Assembly: GCA_963794325.1 (NCBI GenBank)
Contig: CAWCDG010000004.1
Location: 128,001-192,000 of the forward strand
DNA from: an uncultured delta proteobacterium
GTDB lineage: Bacteria > Desulfobacterota > Binatia > Binatales > Binataceae
Reading direction: 5' to 3'
Length of the DNA stretch: 64,000 nt
Under the pieces are notes generated by a model. The model saw only the letters and a list, made by a program, of their open reading frames with translations, had not been told where the DNA came from and did no database searches. Positions within the stretch are counted from its first letter, which is position 1. The number at the start of each line of letters is the position of its first letter. Position numbers and translations under genes: made by a program. Below are positions 29,239-37,865 of the stretch, piece by piece.

Positions 29239-29559
29239 CTAGCAGAACAGCTTGGGCGGCGGCGGATCGGGAGATTCGGTGAATTTACTTTTCAGAACTG
29301 GAACGAATTGAGCGAGTGTTTCATGCGAAAGAATCCGCGTGCCCATCTCCGGCTGCGCCGGGCGGGCAATCAACACGGCGGCTGGGGCGCCGTCGAGCGA
29401 TTGCAGCGGATGACAGATGTCCATCGAGATGCTCGGCCCTGAGCTATCTGAAATCACGATCACGCCGATCGAAGGCAGACTTGCTATCGCCATGATCAAT
29501 GCCATCGCAGCGGCGATCTGCCTAATCGTAGTGCGATCGATCATGAGTGAGGTCGTCAT
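29239..29559 (-). CDS. Small exported/membrane protein with ICH motif and C-terminal PDPPPPK (DUF2946-like putative leader peptide)
   Basis: Hydrophobic N-terminal segment, MDICHP, SPDPPPPKLFC; starts 1 nt after SCO-1 stop. Confidence 0.6.
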   Translation of the reverse strand: MTTSLMIDRTTIRQIAAAMALIMAIASLPSIGVIVISDSSGPSISMDICHPLQSLDGAPAAVLIARPAQPEMGTRILSHETLAQFVPVLKSKFTESPDPPPPKLFC

Positions 29560-29560
29560 G

Positions 29561-30172
29561 TTAGCCGCGCGCGCGATCGACGTCAGCCACCACTGCGTCC
29601 GGGCTCACGTCAAGCGCGTTATACTGTCGAATCTGATGGCCGTCGGGAGCGAGCAGGAATGCCTCGATGGAATGCGTAATCGACCCATCGCTCTGGCGCG
29701 TCCGGCGCAGTTTAAATAGCGCGAGCACCTGGTCGATTTTCGCCGGCGGCCCGGTCAGAAAGGTCCAGCCGGCGCCGCTCGCTCCGTGGCTCTGAGCGTA
29801 TTTTGCAAGCTCGGCGGGGCTATCGTGCTCGGGGTCAAGCGTTATCGAGACAATTCTGACGTTGGCTCCCAGAGCCGGACCGAGCTTCTGCGCAATCGCC
29901 GCCATCTTTGCGGTTAGCATTGGGCAAGTCGATGCGCACGAGGTGTAAATAAAATCGATCAACACCGGCTTGCCCTTCAGCGACGCGAGCGAAACCGCGT
30001 TGCCATGCTGATCGATCAGACTTACGTCAGGCAGGCAATCGTTCGCGTTGGCCGCTGGATAGTCGCCCCGGGCTTCGCGATCGCCGCATGCCGACAGAGT
30101 AAGCAGAACCGCGAGACTGACTATTCCCAGAACGAGGCGATAGTATCTGATGTGGCTATTATCAACCTTCAT
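29561..30172 (-). CDS. SCO1/SenC copper chaperone lipoprotein (SCO-1)
   Basis: LSAC lipobox, FIYTSCASTCP, ITLDPEHD, ITHS. Confidence 0.92.
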   Translation of the reverse strand: MKVDNSHIRYYRLVLGIVSLAVLLTLSACGDREARGDYPAANANDCLPDVSLIDQHGNAVSLASLKGKPVLIDFIYTSCASTCPMLTAKMAAIAQKLGPALGANVRIVSITLDPEHDSPAELAKYAQSHGASGAGWTFLTGPPAKIDQVLALFKLRRTRQSDGSITHSIEAFLLAPDGHQIRQYNALDVSPDAVVADVDRARG

Positions 30173-30192
30173 CTTGATAGCTATTGAGATAG

Positions 30193-30639
30193 CTAGAAGA
30201 ACGCGCGTCCGGCTTTGAGATCTGACGTCTTGATGCGCACCACTCCGGAAGCGTCTTCATGCGGCAGGCTGACCGGCACGCACGACGCTTTGCCTTGGGC
30301 CATCCGGTCGATGGGATAATGGTTTCCGCACACCCGGCAAATCAATTCGCCGCCAACCACCCGGTAGCCTTTGTGGAACGTGAAACACTGGCGGCATGCG
30401 TCGAATACCGATCGCACCTTGCCGTCGTTGCCGCGCGCAAGCACGAAGCGTAGCCGCTTGCCTGCGTCGTCGGTGTAGCAAAAGAGCCGTGCGCTGCCGG
30501 GGCGTAGTGCAAACGCGTTGACGGCGACCTCGTCATTGCCCGTCACCATGGTGCACTCGGAGATCGCGGTGAACGTCAGAAAGGCTGCCCCCACGGCGAG
30601 CATCAAACCGGCCAGAATTTTGAGTTTTGTAGAACGCAT
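30193..30639 (-). CDS. DUF2318 / FtrD-like Fe-S-containing membrane-anchored protein
   Basis: FDACRQC, GY, LICRVC, SCVPV motifs; N-terminal TM. Confidence 0.82.
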   Translation of the reverse strand: MRSTKLKILAGLMLAVGAAFLTFTAISECTMVTGNDEVAVNAFALRPGSARLFCYTDDAGKRLRFVLARGNDGKVRSVFDACRQCFTFHKGYRVVGGELICRVCGNHYPIDRMAQGKASCVPVSLPHEDASGVVRIKTSDLKAGRAFF

Positions 30640-30673
30640 TGCGGATTAATGCTGTCGCAGCGCCTCGCAGGCG

Positions 30674-31636
30674 TCAAGGCGCGACCGAGTCGGTCAGCAT
30701 TACTTCCTTGATCCTCTCGGTAAGTTCCATGACGCGCAGTCCGTCCTCGGCACTGACCGCCGGCGTGGATCTGCTGCGAACGGAATCGACGAACGCCTTG
30801 ACTTCGTCAGCCAGGGGATCGCCTTCACCAAAATCAATCTGCTCGGCGGAAATTGTGGGAAACTGCGCGCCACGGGCGGGCGGAGTTCTGCGAAAAATCT
30901 GGATGCTGCGCGCTTCGTAATCGACCGAGATATACGCGTCAGGCTGAAAGAAGCGAATCTTGCGCTCGCGCCGCGCCGACACGCGGCTGGAAACCAGATT
31001 TGCGATCAGTCCGCTCCGGAAGCGGACGCGCGCGTTCGCGAGATCGATCCGATCGGTGAGGATCGCGACGCCCACCGCCTCCAGCGACGCGACTTCCGAC
31101 GGCGCCACCGACAGGATCACATCGAGGTCGTGCACCATCAGATCGAGCACCACGTCCACGTCGGTGCCGCGCTCGGTGAACGGCGCGAGCCGATGGCATT
31201 CCACGAACCGCGGATTTTTCACTATCGAATGCAGATGCACCACCGCCGGATTGAACCGCTCGAGGTGGCCGATCTGAAGGATGCGTTTACTCGCTGCGGC
31301 CAGCGCAGCCAGATCCCGCGCTTGCGTCAACTTCTCGGCCATCGGCTTCTCGAGCAGCACGTCGATGCCGGCCTTCAGCATCGCCGATGCGATCTCATGA
31401 TGCGTGACGCCGGGCGACGCGACCGTCACGAGGTCCACCTCGCCCACCAGTTTCCGATAGTCCGCCAGCGGTGTCGCGCCAACTTCCTTTGCCAGCGCCG
31501 CGGCGCGCGCGGTGTCGATATCCACGATGTGCACCAGCTTGATGCCTGCGATCGCGGCGTACTTGCGCGCGTGCAGAGTACCCAGCCGTCCCGCACCGAC
31601 TACTGCGGCGCGCAGCTCAAATACTGGTTTCGGCAT
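30674..31636 (-). CDS. Gfo/Idh/MocA oxidoreductase, GnnA-like (UDP-GlcNAc 3-dehydrogenase)
   Basis: GAGRLG..HA, EKPM, GHLERFNPA, DVVLDLMVHDLD; position after lpxA-lpxI. Confidence 0.8.
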   Translation of the reverse strand: MPKPVFELRAAVVGAGRLGTLHARKYAAIAGIKLVHIVDIDTARAAALAKEVGATPLADYRKLVGEVDLVTVASPGVTHHEIASAMLKAGIDVLLEKPMAEKLTQARDLAALAAASKRILQIGHLERFNPAVVHLHSIVKNPRFVECHRLAPFTERGTDVDVVLDLMVHDLDVILSVAPSEVASLEAVGVAILTDRIDLANARVRFRSGLIANLVSSRVSARRERKIRFFQPDAYISVDYEARSIQIFRRTPPARGAQFPTISAEQIDFGEGDPLADEVKAFVDSVRSRSTPAVSAEDGLRVMELTERIKEVMLTDSVAP

Positions 31637-32444
31637 AGCCGTATATCGTCACGTTTTTCGCGCGCGCGAGTTCGAGCGTGCGATCGCTTTCGAGAATCAG
31701 CGCGACCCCGGCTTCCAGGCCGATCATCGATGCACCGATCTCGGCGAGCAATTCCACCGTCGCCGGGCCTATCGCCGGACGGTCGAAGCGCATGTCCTGT
31801 CCCGGCTTCGCCGCTTTTGCGATCACCAGTCCCGCGCCGACGAGAGCCGCCGCCCGGCGCAGCGCGGCGTCCGTTCCCTCCAGCGCCTCCACCGCGGCGA
31901 CCATTCCGTCGCGAACGGCGACCGTCTGCCCGATGTCGTAGCTGCCGAGGCGCCGCGCTACCTCGAATGCGAGCGCGAGATCGCGGCGTTGCACGGGAGT
32001 CGGATCGGGACCGGCCACGACGCCGGCGCGCGCGAGCCAATGCTCGATCATCGGCACCGGATCGATCATCTTGATTCCCTCGGTCTCGACTTCGCGCGCG
32101 ACGCCGCGCAGCACCGCGTCATCGCTGAAGCGCCCGATGCCTGCTAGCATTTTCAGCGCGCGAGCGTCGGGCGCGAATGAGTCTTTCAGGCGCGCGCGAG
32201 AGATTCCTCCGGCCATCGCGGCTTCTGAGACACCGGCGCTTTTGAATACGTCGATAATCTTTTGCAGCTCGCCGACTTTGATCCAGGTCACGTCGTCGAT
32301 AACTGAGTCGAGCGCCCGTTCGCTTTCATTGAGATGCGCGACCGCGATTATTTTTATTCCGCGCTCGCGTGCGGCACGCGCTACTTCGAGCGGGAACACG
32401 CCGTTACCTGCGATTAGTCCGAGCTTATTCACGCTCGCGGCCAA
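31617..32444 (-). CDS. lpxI: UDP-2,3-diacylglucosamine diphosphatase
   Basis: GLIAGNG.FP, DIGQTV, AVEALEGTD, KPGQDMRFD.P.IG. Confidence 0.92.
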   Translation of the reverse strand: MAASVNKLGLIAGNGVFPLEVARAARERGIKIIAVAHLNESERALDSVIDDVTWIKVGELQKIIDVFKSAGVSEAAMAGGISRARLKDSFAPDARALKMLAGIGRFSDDAVLRGVAREVETEGIKMIDPVPMIEHWLARAGVVAGPDPTPVQRRDLALAFEVARRLGSYDIGQTVAVRDGMVAAVEALEGTDAALRRAAALVGAGLVIAKAAKPGQDMRFDRPAIGPATVELLAEIGASMIGLEAGVALILESDRTLELARAKNVTIYGYAETSI

Positions 32445-33216
32445 CGACTCCGCGCTCCGAGTTTTTGATAAAATCGACCAATCGCCGCACCTCGGCCAGC
32501 TCGCCGTATTCTTCGAGCGTCTTCGCGATCGCTTCCTCGCGCAGCAGTTTCGAGAAAAACAGGATGCGGGTGGCAGCCTTGATAGCCGCGATCTTCTCGG
32601 TGCTGAAGCCGCGACGCTGGAGTCCGATCTCGTTGACTCCCGCCAGGCGCGCCCGATCGCCCGCCACCATCGAGTACGGCGGCACGTCCTGCGCCACCTT
32701 CGCTCCGGCCGCGACGAATGCGTGCGCGCCGATGCGGCAGAACTGATGCACCCCGCTCATTCCCTCGAGACTTGCAAATTCCTCGAGCACGCAGTGACCG
32801 CCGAGCTGGGTCGAGTTCACCAGGATGCAATTATCGCCGATGACACAATCGTGGGCGATATGAACATAGGGCATGATCAGCACGTGATTGCCGATCAGCG
32901 TGCGCATCCCGCCAACTTCAGTCCCGCGATGTATCGACGTGAACTCGCGAATCGTGTTGTCGTCGCCAATCTCGAGGGTCGCCGGCTCGCCGTGAAACTT
33001 CAAATCCGGCGTCGCGCAACCGACTGCGGCGAACGGGAAGATTCGATTGCGCTGGCCGATAGTAGTGAGAGATTCGATGACGACGTTTGCGCCAATCACG
33101 CTGCCCGCGCCGATCTTTACTTGCGGTCCGATCACCGCGCCCGGACCGACTTCGACGCTCGTGTCGAGTTCGGCCCGCTGGTCGATAACCGCCGAAGAAT
33201 GGATTCGCCCCGCTAT
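32425..33216 (-). CDS. lpxA: UDP-GlcNAc acyltransferase (ATA start at 33216)
   Basis: Hexapeptide repeats, IREF..IHRGT, HIAHDC, GGH, VHQF, QDVPPY; frame extends 27 codons upstream of the called GTG to ATA-GCG-GGG-CGA-ATC-CAT (xAGRIHSSAVID). Confidence 0.93.
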   Translation of the reverse strand: MAGRIHSSAVIDQRAELDTSVEVGPGAVIGPQVKIGAGSVIGANVVIESLTTIGQRNRIFPFAAVGCATPDLKFHGEPATLEIGDDNTIREFTSIHRGTEVGGMRTLIGNHVLIMPYVHIAHDCVIGDNCILVNSTQLGGHCVLEEFASLEGMSGVHQFCRIGAHAFVAAGAKVAQDVPPYSMVAGDRARLAGVNEIGLQRRGFSTEKIAAIKAATRILFFSKLLREEAIAKTLEEYGELAEVRRLVDFIKNSERGVVGRERE

Positions 33217-33674
33217 CGAACTTGCTCCTCGACTTCCATCGCGGACAATTCCGCCTCAGCCGCCAACTCGTCGCCGACCTTCGCCACCGCCTGCATCCGC
33301 CACAGCGGCCGATGAAATTTCAGAATTTTTACTTCCATGCGCAGTTGATCGCCCGGGATTACGCGCCGCCGAAAGCGCACTTTGTCCAATCCGGTCAGCA
33401 CGAACAGACGCGTCGGGTCCCCGCCCACTTCATTGAGTGCAAGGATCGCCCCCGACTGCGCCAACGCTTCGACGATCAGCACTCCCGGCATCACTGGATG
33501 CCCCGGAAAGTGTCCCGCAAAGTATGGCTCGTTGAAAGTGACGTTCTTGATCGTTACGACCCGGCCCTTGCCCAGTTCGAGGATGCGATCGACTAACAGA
33601 AACGGATAGCGATGGGGCAGCAGCCCCAGCACCCGCTCGAGTTCCGAGACTTTCGTGTCGTGGTCGTCAGGCAC
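33213..33674 (-). CDS. fabZ: 3-hydroxyacyl-ACP dehydratase
   Basis: LPHRYPFLLVD, KNVTFNE, GHFP..PVMPGVLIVEALAQ. Confidence 0.96.
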   Translation of the reverse strand: MPDDHDTKVSELERVLGLLPHRYPFLLVDRILELGKGRVVTIKNVTFNEPYFAGHFPGHPVMPGVLIVEALAQSGAILALNEVGGDPTRLFVLTGLDKVRFRRRVIPGDQLRMEVKILKFHRPLWRMQAVAKVGDELAAEAELSAMEVEEQVR

Positions 33675-33680
33675 CGCGGC

Positions 33681-34332
33681 CTACTTCGAGATCGTCGACT
33701 TCTTGGCCGCCTGCGATCCGAAATCCGACGGCTCCGACGCGCCCGGCTGATCGCTCTGGACGCTGGCCGGCCGTACTCCGCTGCCCGGACCTTCGCCCAC
33801 CGATCCGATCGGTACGTGCATCGTGTTGTAACTGCGGATCACCTGGTCGGTGATATCGATATTCGGCGCGCCCCACAGAATCGATCCCTTCTCGAACACC
33901 ATCGTATAGTTGTCGCGCTCGCCCACCGTGCGGATGACTTGCGCGAGGTCGTGGACGATCTTCGCGGTGACCTCCTGGTCCTTGGCCTGCAGCTCGTCCT
34001 TCGAGTCCTTGTAGTCGCGCTCGAAGTTCTTGAGCTTCTCCATGTACTGATCCTGCAGGGCCTGGCGCTGATCGGGATTCATCAGCATGCCCTTTTTTCT
34101 CCATCTGGTCCTTCAGCGATTGGACTTCGTTTTGCTGCCGCTGAAGGCGTCCCTCCAGCGAGGTGACGCGGCCCTGGAAGTCGGCCTTGGCGCGCTTGCC
34201 GGCGTCGCACTCATTGAGCGCCCGTTGCACGTCAACGTAGGCGAACTTGAATTCGGCGTGCGCGGGAACTGCCGCTAACGTCATCGCAAGGAACACACCG
34301 AACATCGCACCGATGAACAACCGTTGCCTCAT
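33681..34332 (-). CDS. skp: OmpH/Skp chaperone, frameshift at homopolymer ~34090
   Basis: Signal peptide + KFAYVDVQRAL in one frame; coiled coil and ..YTMVFE..DITDQVI in the other; downstream of bamA. Confidence 0.85.
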
Positions 34333-34512
34333 ACAGCCCGGAAAGCCTCCTGTTGACTAGCTATCTGAATCCGCGACACACGTTCGCACGCGCGCGCCAC
34401 CCGATGCCACGTGAATCATACACAATAGTATCTCATAGAGCATTAAATCCAGTTGCGCGTGGCCTGATAGTCGTTAGGTTTTCCCAGAAATCGCTGGACC
34501 TCATTCGCGAAG

Positions 34513-36945
34513 CTACAACGGCGAACCCGCGCCGACTTCAAACACGGTGCTCTGATCGGCCGGCCGTGGATTGATCGGAAAGGCGATGTCCACCGCCAGC
34601 GGCCCGAATGGCGATTTCCAGCGCACCCCGATTCCCGCCGACGCCTGCAGCTTGGTGATGTCGAGCGAATCCTTGAGCAGGAACGATTGTCCCGCGTCGC
34701 TGAATATCACCCCGCGAATGCCCAATCCGGACAATATCGGGAACGTGATCTCGTTGCTGAACAGCAACTCCTTGCTGCCGCCTACGTCCTGCACGCTTTG
34801 CGGCGTGCCGTTCGCGCTGAAGATCGTCACCTGCGGGCCCAACGAATAGAGCTGATAGCCGCGCACGTCGCCCGGGCCGCCGACGCCGCCCGGGAAGAAT
34901 CGCTCGTAGAGCGGCAACTCGCCACCGGTCCCGTTTTGCAGATTGGTCCCGATGCCGAAGGTGATTCCCTGCGACAGCACGAACGTTCCCAGCGTCTGGC
35001 TCTTCAGGAACGGATAGAAGTATCTGAAATGGGCGACGCCCTTGATGAACGAGTTGGTCCCGCCGAGTCCGCCAAACTGCATACTGAGGCTCTCGACTGT
35101 ACCGGTGCGCGGATCGGTCGGATTGTCCACCGTGAAGCGGCGTATCGTCGGCGTAATTTCAGAGGTCTGCGTGTAGCCCTTGTAGCGCGCGATTTGGAAG
35201 GTCGTGAATGCGTTCAGCCCGGTGATTCCGATGCTCTGATACGAGTAGCCAATTCCCGCCGAGATGTCCTTCAGCGAAAACGGGCCAAGCTTCTTGAAGC
35301 CGAGTTCGGTCAGCGGGTAGGTCGTCGTCAGCGTGAATCCGGCCGCCGACTGGTTGAAACTCAGCAGGTACTGTTTGTTGTCGAATAGCTGCAGACCCAC
35401 GGCCAGGGGGATATCCAGGAACCACGGCTCGGTGTAGCTGATGCTGTAGTTCTGGAACAGAAATCCCACCTGCGCATTCGCGACGAGCGATTCGCCGCCG
35501 CCAAACAAGTTGGTATTGCCCAGCGTGAAATTGCCGAACACCGATTGATAGCTGTCGAATCCTCCCGCGACCTGGAACGACGCGGTGTTCGCCTCGGTCA
35601 CGTTGACGTCGAGGTTTATCTTGTCGGGCTGCGTGGCCGGAGCGGTCGTGATGCGCGTGTCGCTGAAGAATCCGAGCCGGTCCAGCCGCACTTTCGAATC
35701 GCGGATCTCTTCGGCGCTGTACGGCTCCTGCTCCTGCACCTGAATCTCGCGCCGGATTACCTTGTCCGAGGTTTTCGTATTGCCGCTGATATTGATGCGG
35801 TTGATTATCACTTCGTGGCCGGGATTGATCACGAACACCACGTTGACCCGCTTGTTGGTGTGGACCAGCTGCGTGTGCGGATCGACGTTGACGTAGGCGT
35901 AGCCGCGATTCGAGTAGAAATCCGATAGCGCCAGCACCTGCCGCTGCAATGCTGACCCGCGGAATAGTTGCCCGCTCTTCATCGTCAGCAGTCTGCGCAA
36001 TTCGTGACGCGGAAATTTCAGGTTGCCGGTGATGTCGAGCCGGCCGACCCGGTACGGCGTGCTCTCGTCGATGGTTATTACAATCGTGATTTTCTCGCCG
36101 CTGCGCACTGTCTGCGGCGGTGCAATCTGCACGTTGAGGTAGCCGTTGTCGTAGTAAAATGCGGTCAGGCGATCGACGTCTTCCTGAAGTTTCTTCGGAT
36201 CGAGCGCGCCCCATCCCGTGACCCAGCTCAGCAATTTACTGTAGGGCCGCGTTTCCATATTGGCTTGCAGAATCGAGGACGAAAACGCGTGGTTGCCGAC
36301 GAACTCGATTTTCGTGATCTCGACCTTCGGCCCTTCCACCACGTCAAATTCGCCGAACGCCGTGTTGTCGGGCTGCGGAATCGGCTTGAAAGTTACCTTG
36401 GCGTCCGTGTAGCCCGCGTCCGCGTAAACCTTGGTGATATTGTTGATCGTCTCCTTGACCGCGATCGGATCCAGTATCACTCCCGGATGCACTTTCATCG
36501 CCGCGACTATCTTGTCGTCGTTCGATCGGATCGCCTTCATCCCGTACAGCTTGACGTCGCTTATCTGCGGGCGTTCCTTCACGTAGTACACCAGCACGTT
36601 CTGCGCGCCCTGCCTTACCACGTGCGCACTCACCGCCGAGAAAAAACCCAACGACTCAATCGACTTGATATCCGCGGTTACCGCATTCGGATCGAGCGGC
36701 TGGCCGACCTGCTGCGTGATATGGATTCGAATCGCGTCCTCTTCGACGCGTTGATTACCGCTGATCTGAATCTTTGAGATTATCGGCCCCGATCCCTGCG
36801 CGCGCGCCACCGATGCAGTGAGCATCGCGGCTACCATCACTGCTGTCAGCGCGAAGGCAGCAAGCAATAGCGTTCGATGTGGGCCGCGAAGCCCGCAAGA
36901 TAACGGCGCGCGCGGCGTGCGCGCGTTGAATTTTCCCGATGTCAC
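34513..36945 (-). CDS. bamA: Outer membrane protein assembly factor
   Basis: Five POTRA repeats (GN.RV, GN..F, GNTKT.D.VIRRE), ERFF.GG, VRGY, WKSPFGPL. Confidence 0.95.
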   Translation of the reverse strand: MTSGKFNARTPRAPLSCGLRGPHRTLLLAAFALTAVMVAAMLTASVARAQGSGPIISKIQISGNQRVEEDAIRIHITQQVGQPLDPNAVTADIKSIESLGFFSAVSAHVVRQGAQNVLVYYVKERPQISDVKLYGMKAIRSNDDKIVAAMKVHPGVILDPIAVKETINNITKVYADAGYTDAKVTFKPIPQPDNTAFGEFDVVEGPKVEITKIEFVGNHAFSSSILQANMETRPYSKLLSWVTGWGALDPKKLQEDVDRLTAFYYDNGYLNVQIAPPQTVRSGEKITIVITIDESTPYRVGRLDITGNLKFPRHELRRLLTMKSGQLFRGSALQRQVLALSDFYSNRGYAYVNVDPHTQLVHTNKRVNVVFVINPGHEVIINRINISGNTKTSDKVIRREIQVQEQEPYSAEEIRDSKVRLDRLGFFSDTRITTAPATQPDKINLDVNVTEANTASFQVAGGFDSYQSVFGNFTLGNTNLFGGGESLVANAQVGFLFQNYSISYTEPWFLDIPLAVGLQLFDNKQYLLSFNQSAAGFTLTTTYPLTELGFKKLGPFSLKDISAGIGYSYQSIGITGLNAFTTFQIARYKGYTQTSEITPTIRRFTVDNPTDPRTGTVESLSMQFGGLGGTNSFIKGVAHFRYFYPFLKSQTLGTFVLSQGITFGIGTNLQNGTGGELPLYERFFPGGVGGPGDVRGYQLYSLGPQVTIFSANGTPQSVQDVGGSKELLFSNEITFPILSGLGIRGVIFSDAGQSFLLKDSLDITKLQASAGIGVRWKSPFGPLAVDIAFPINPRPADQSTVFEVGAGSPL

Positions 36946-37088
36946 TCAGACCTTCCAAAAACCGCGCCCAAACTAGCCAATCGGTTCCCCCATGTAAACC
37001 AAACGCCTACCGGCGGTTAAATTGTTACGAACAAGGCATCAGTAAACCGCTCAAAGTAAACTCACTCGCCAGAAAAAACTCGATTGTT

Positions 37089-37122
37089 CCCCTTCCCTCA
37101 AGGGAAGGGGTTAGGGGTTAGG
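37089..37122. repeat. REP-like palindrome family B; may act as terminator after lolD
   Basis: CCCCTTCCCT-CA-AGGGAAGGGG hairpin plus TTAGGGGTTAGG tail. Confidence 0.65.
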
Positions 37123-37130
37123 TTCTTTGC

Positions 37131-37865
37131 TCAAGCTCGCCGCTCATCCACCAGCTTCCCCTCATGCAGCCGCAGGGCGCGTCCCACGCTGCGCGTCAAC
37201 TGCTCGTTATGCGTCGCTATTACCAGCGTGATCCCGAGCTCGCGATTCAACTTGTGAAACAGATCGTGCACTTCAGCCGCCGTATGCGGATCGAGATTGC
37301 CGGTCGGCTCGTCCGCCAGCAACAGCTTGGGCCGCAGCACGACGGCGCGCGCGACCGCCACCCGTTGCTGCTCACCACCTGATAGTTCCGACGGCCGGCG
37401 CTTGAGCTTGTCGCCGAGGCCGACAATTTCAAGCATCTCGGTTGCGCGCCTGGCCGTCTCGGCGTCGTCGATACGCGCAATCAGCGCCGGCATCATCACA
37501 TTTTCCAGAGCGGTGAAGTCCGCGAGCAGGTAATGGAACTGGAAAACAAATCCCAGCTTCATATTGCGGAACTCCGCCAGCGATTTCTGATCGAGCGCGA
37601 ATAGGTCCTCGCCTTCGAAATAAACTTTGCCCGCGGTCGGCTCCTCGAGGCTCCCGATAATGTGCAGCAGGGTGGATTTGCCCGTGCCCGACTGCCCTAC
37701 CACCGCGATTTCCTCGCCCGCCTCGACGTTCAGATCGAGATTGCGCAGCACCCGAATCTCCCGATCGGCGTCGTAGAATGTCTTGTCCAGGCCGCGCACC
37801 TCGATAAGACGCCCCGCCGCGGTTTTTGGTTTCGCTTTCGATGCGGCGGCGCGCGCTTCACTCAT
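37131..37865 (-). CDS. lolD: Lipoprotein-releasing ABC ATPase
   Basis: GQSGTGKS, GFVFQFHYLL..FTALENV, LSGGEQQR, ADEPTGNLD. Confidence 0.92.
   Translation of the reverse strand: MSEARAAASKAKPKTAAGRLIEVRGLDKTFYDADREIRVLRNLDLNVEAGEEIAVVGQSGTGKSTLLHIIGSLEEPTAGKVYFEGEDLFALDQKSLAEFRNMKLGFVFQFHYLLADFTALENVMMPALIARIDDAETARRATEMLEIVGLGDKLKRRPSELSGGEQQRVAVARAVVLRPKLLLADEPTGNLDPHTAAEVHDLFHKLNRELGITLVIATHNEQLTRSVGRALRLHEGKLVDERRA

Larger units (their letters stand above)
21633..30639 (-). other. Accessory 15-gene copper/thiol-redox cassette inside the lipid A gene run
   Basis: All genes co-oriented, many with 4-nt stop/start overlaps; flanked by gnnA-like gene and lpxB; no integrase or transposase seen. 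Confidence 0.75.

Noticed and set aside
21609-30659. TGTCGCA near both cassette edges as a target-site duplication
   Set aside because: Only 7 bp, expected by chance; no integrase, transposase or tRNA, so the cassette is not called a mobile element
37105-37122. Telomere-like or G-quadruplex TTAGGGG repeats
   Set aside because: Only two units, and part of a REP-like hairpin element
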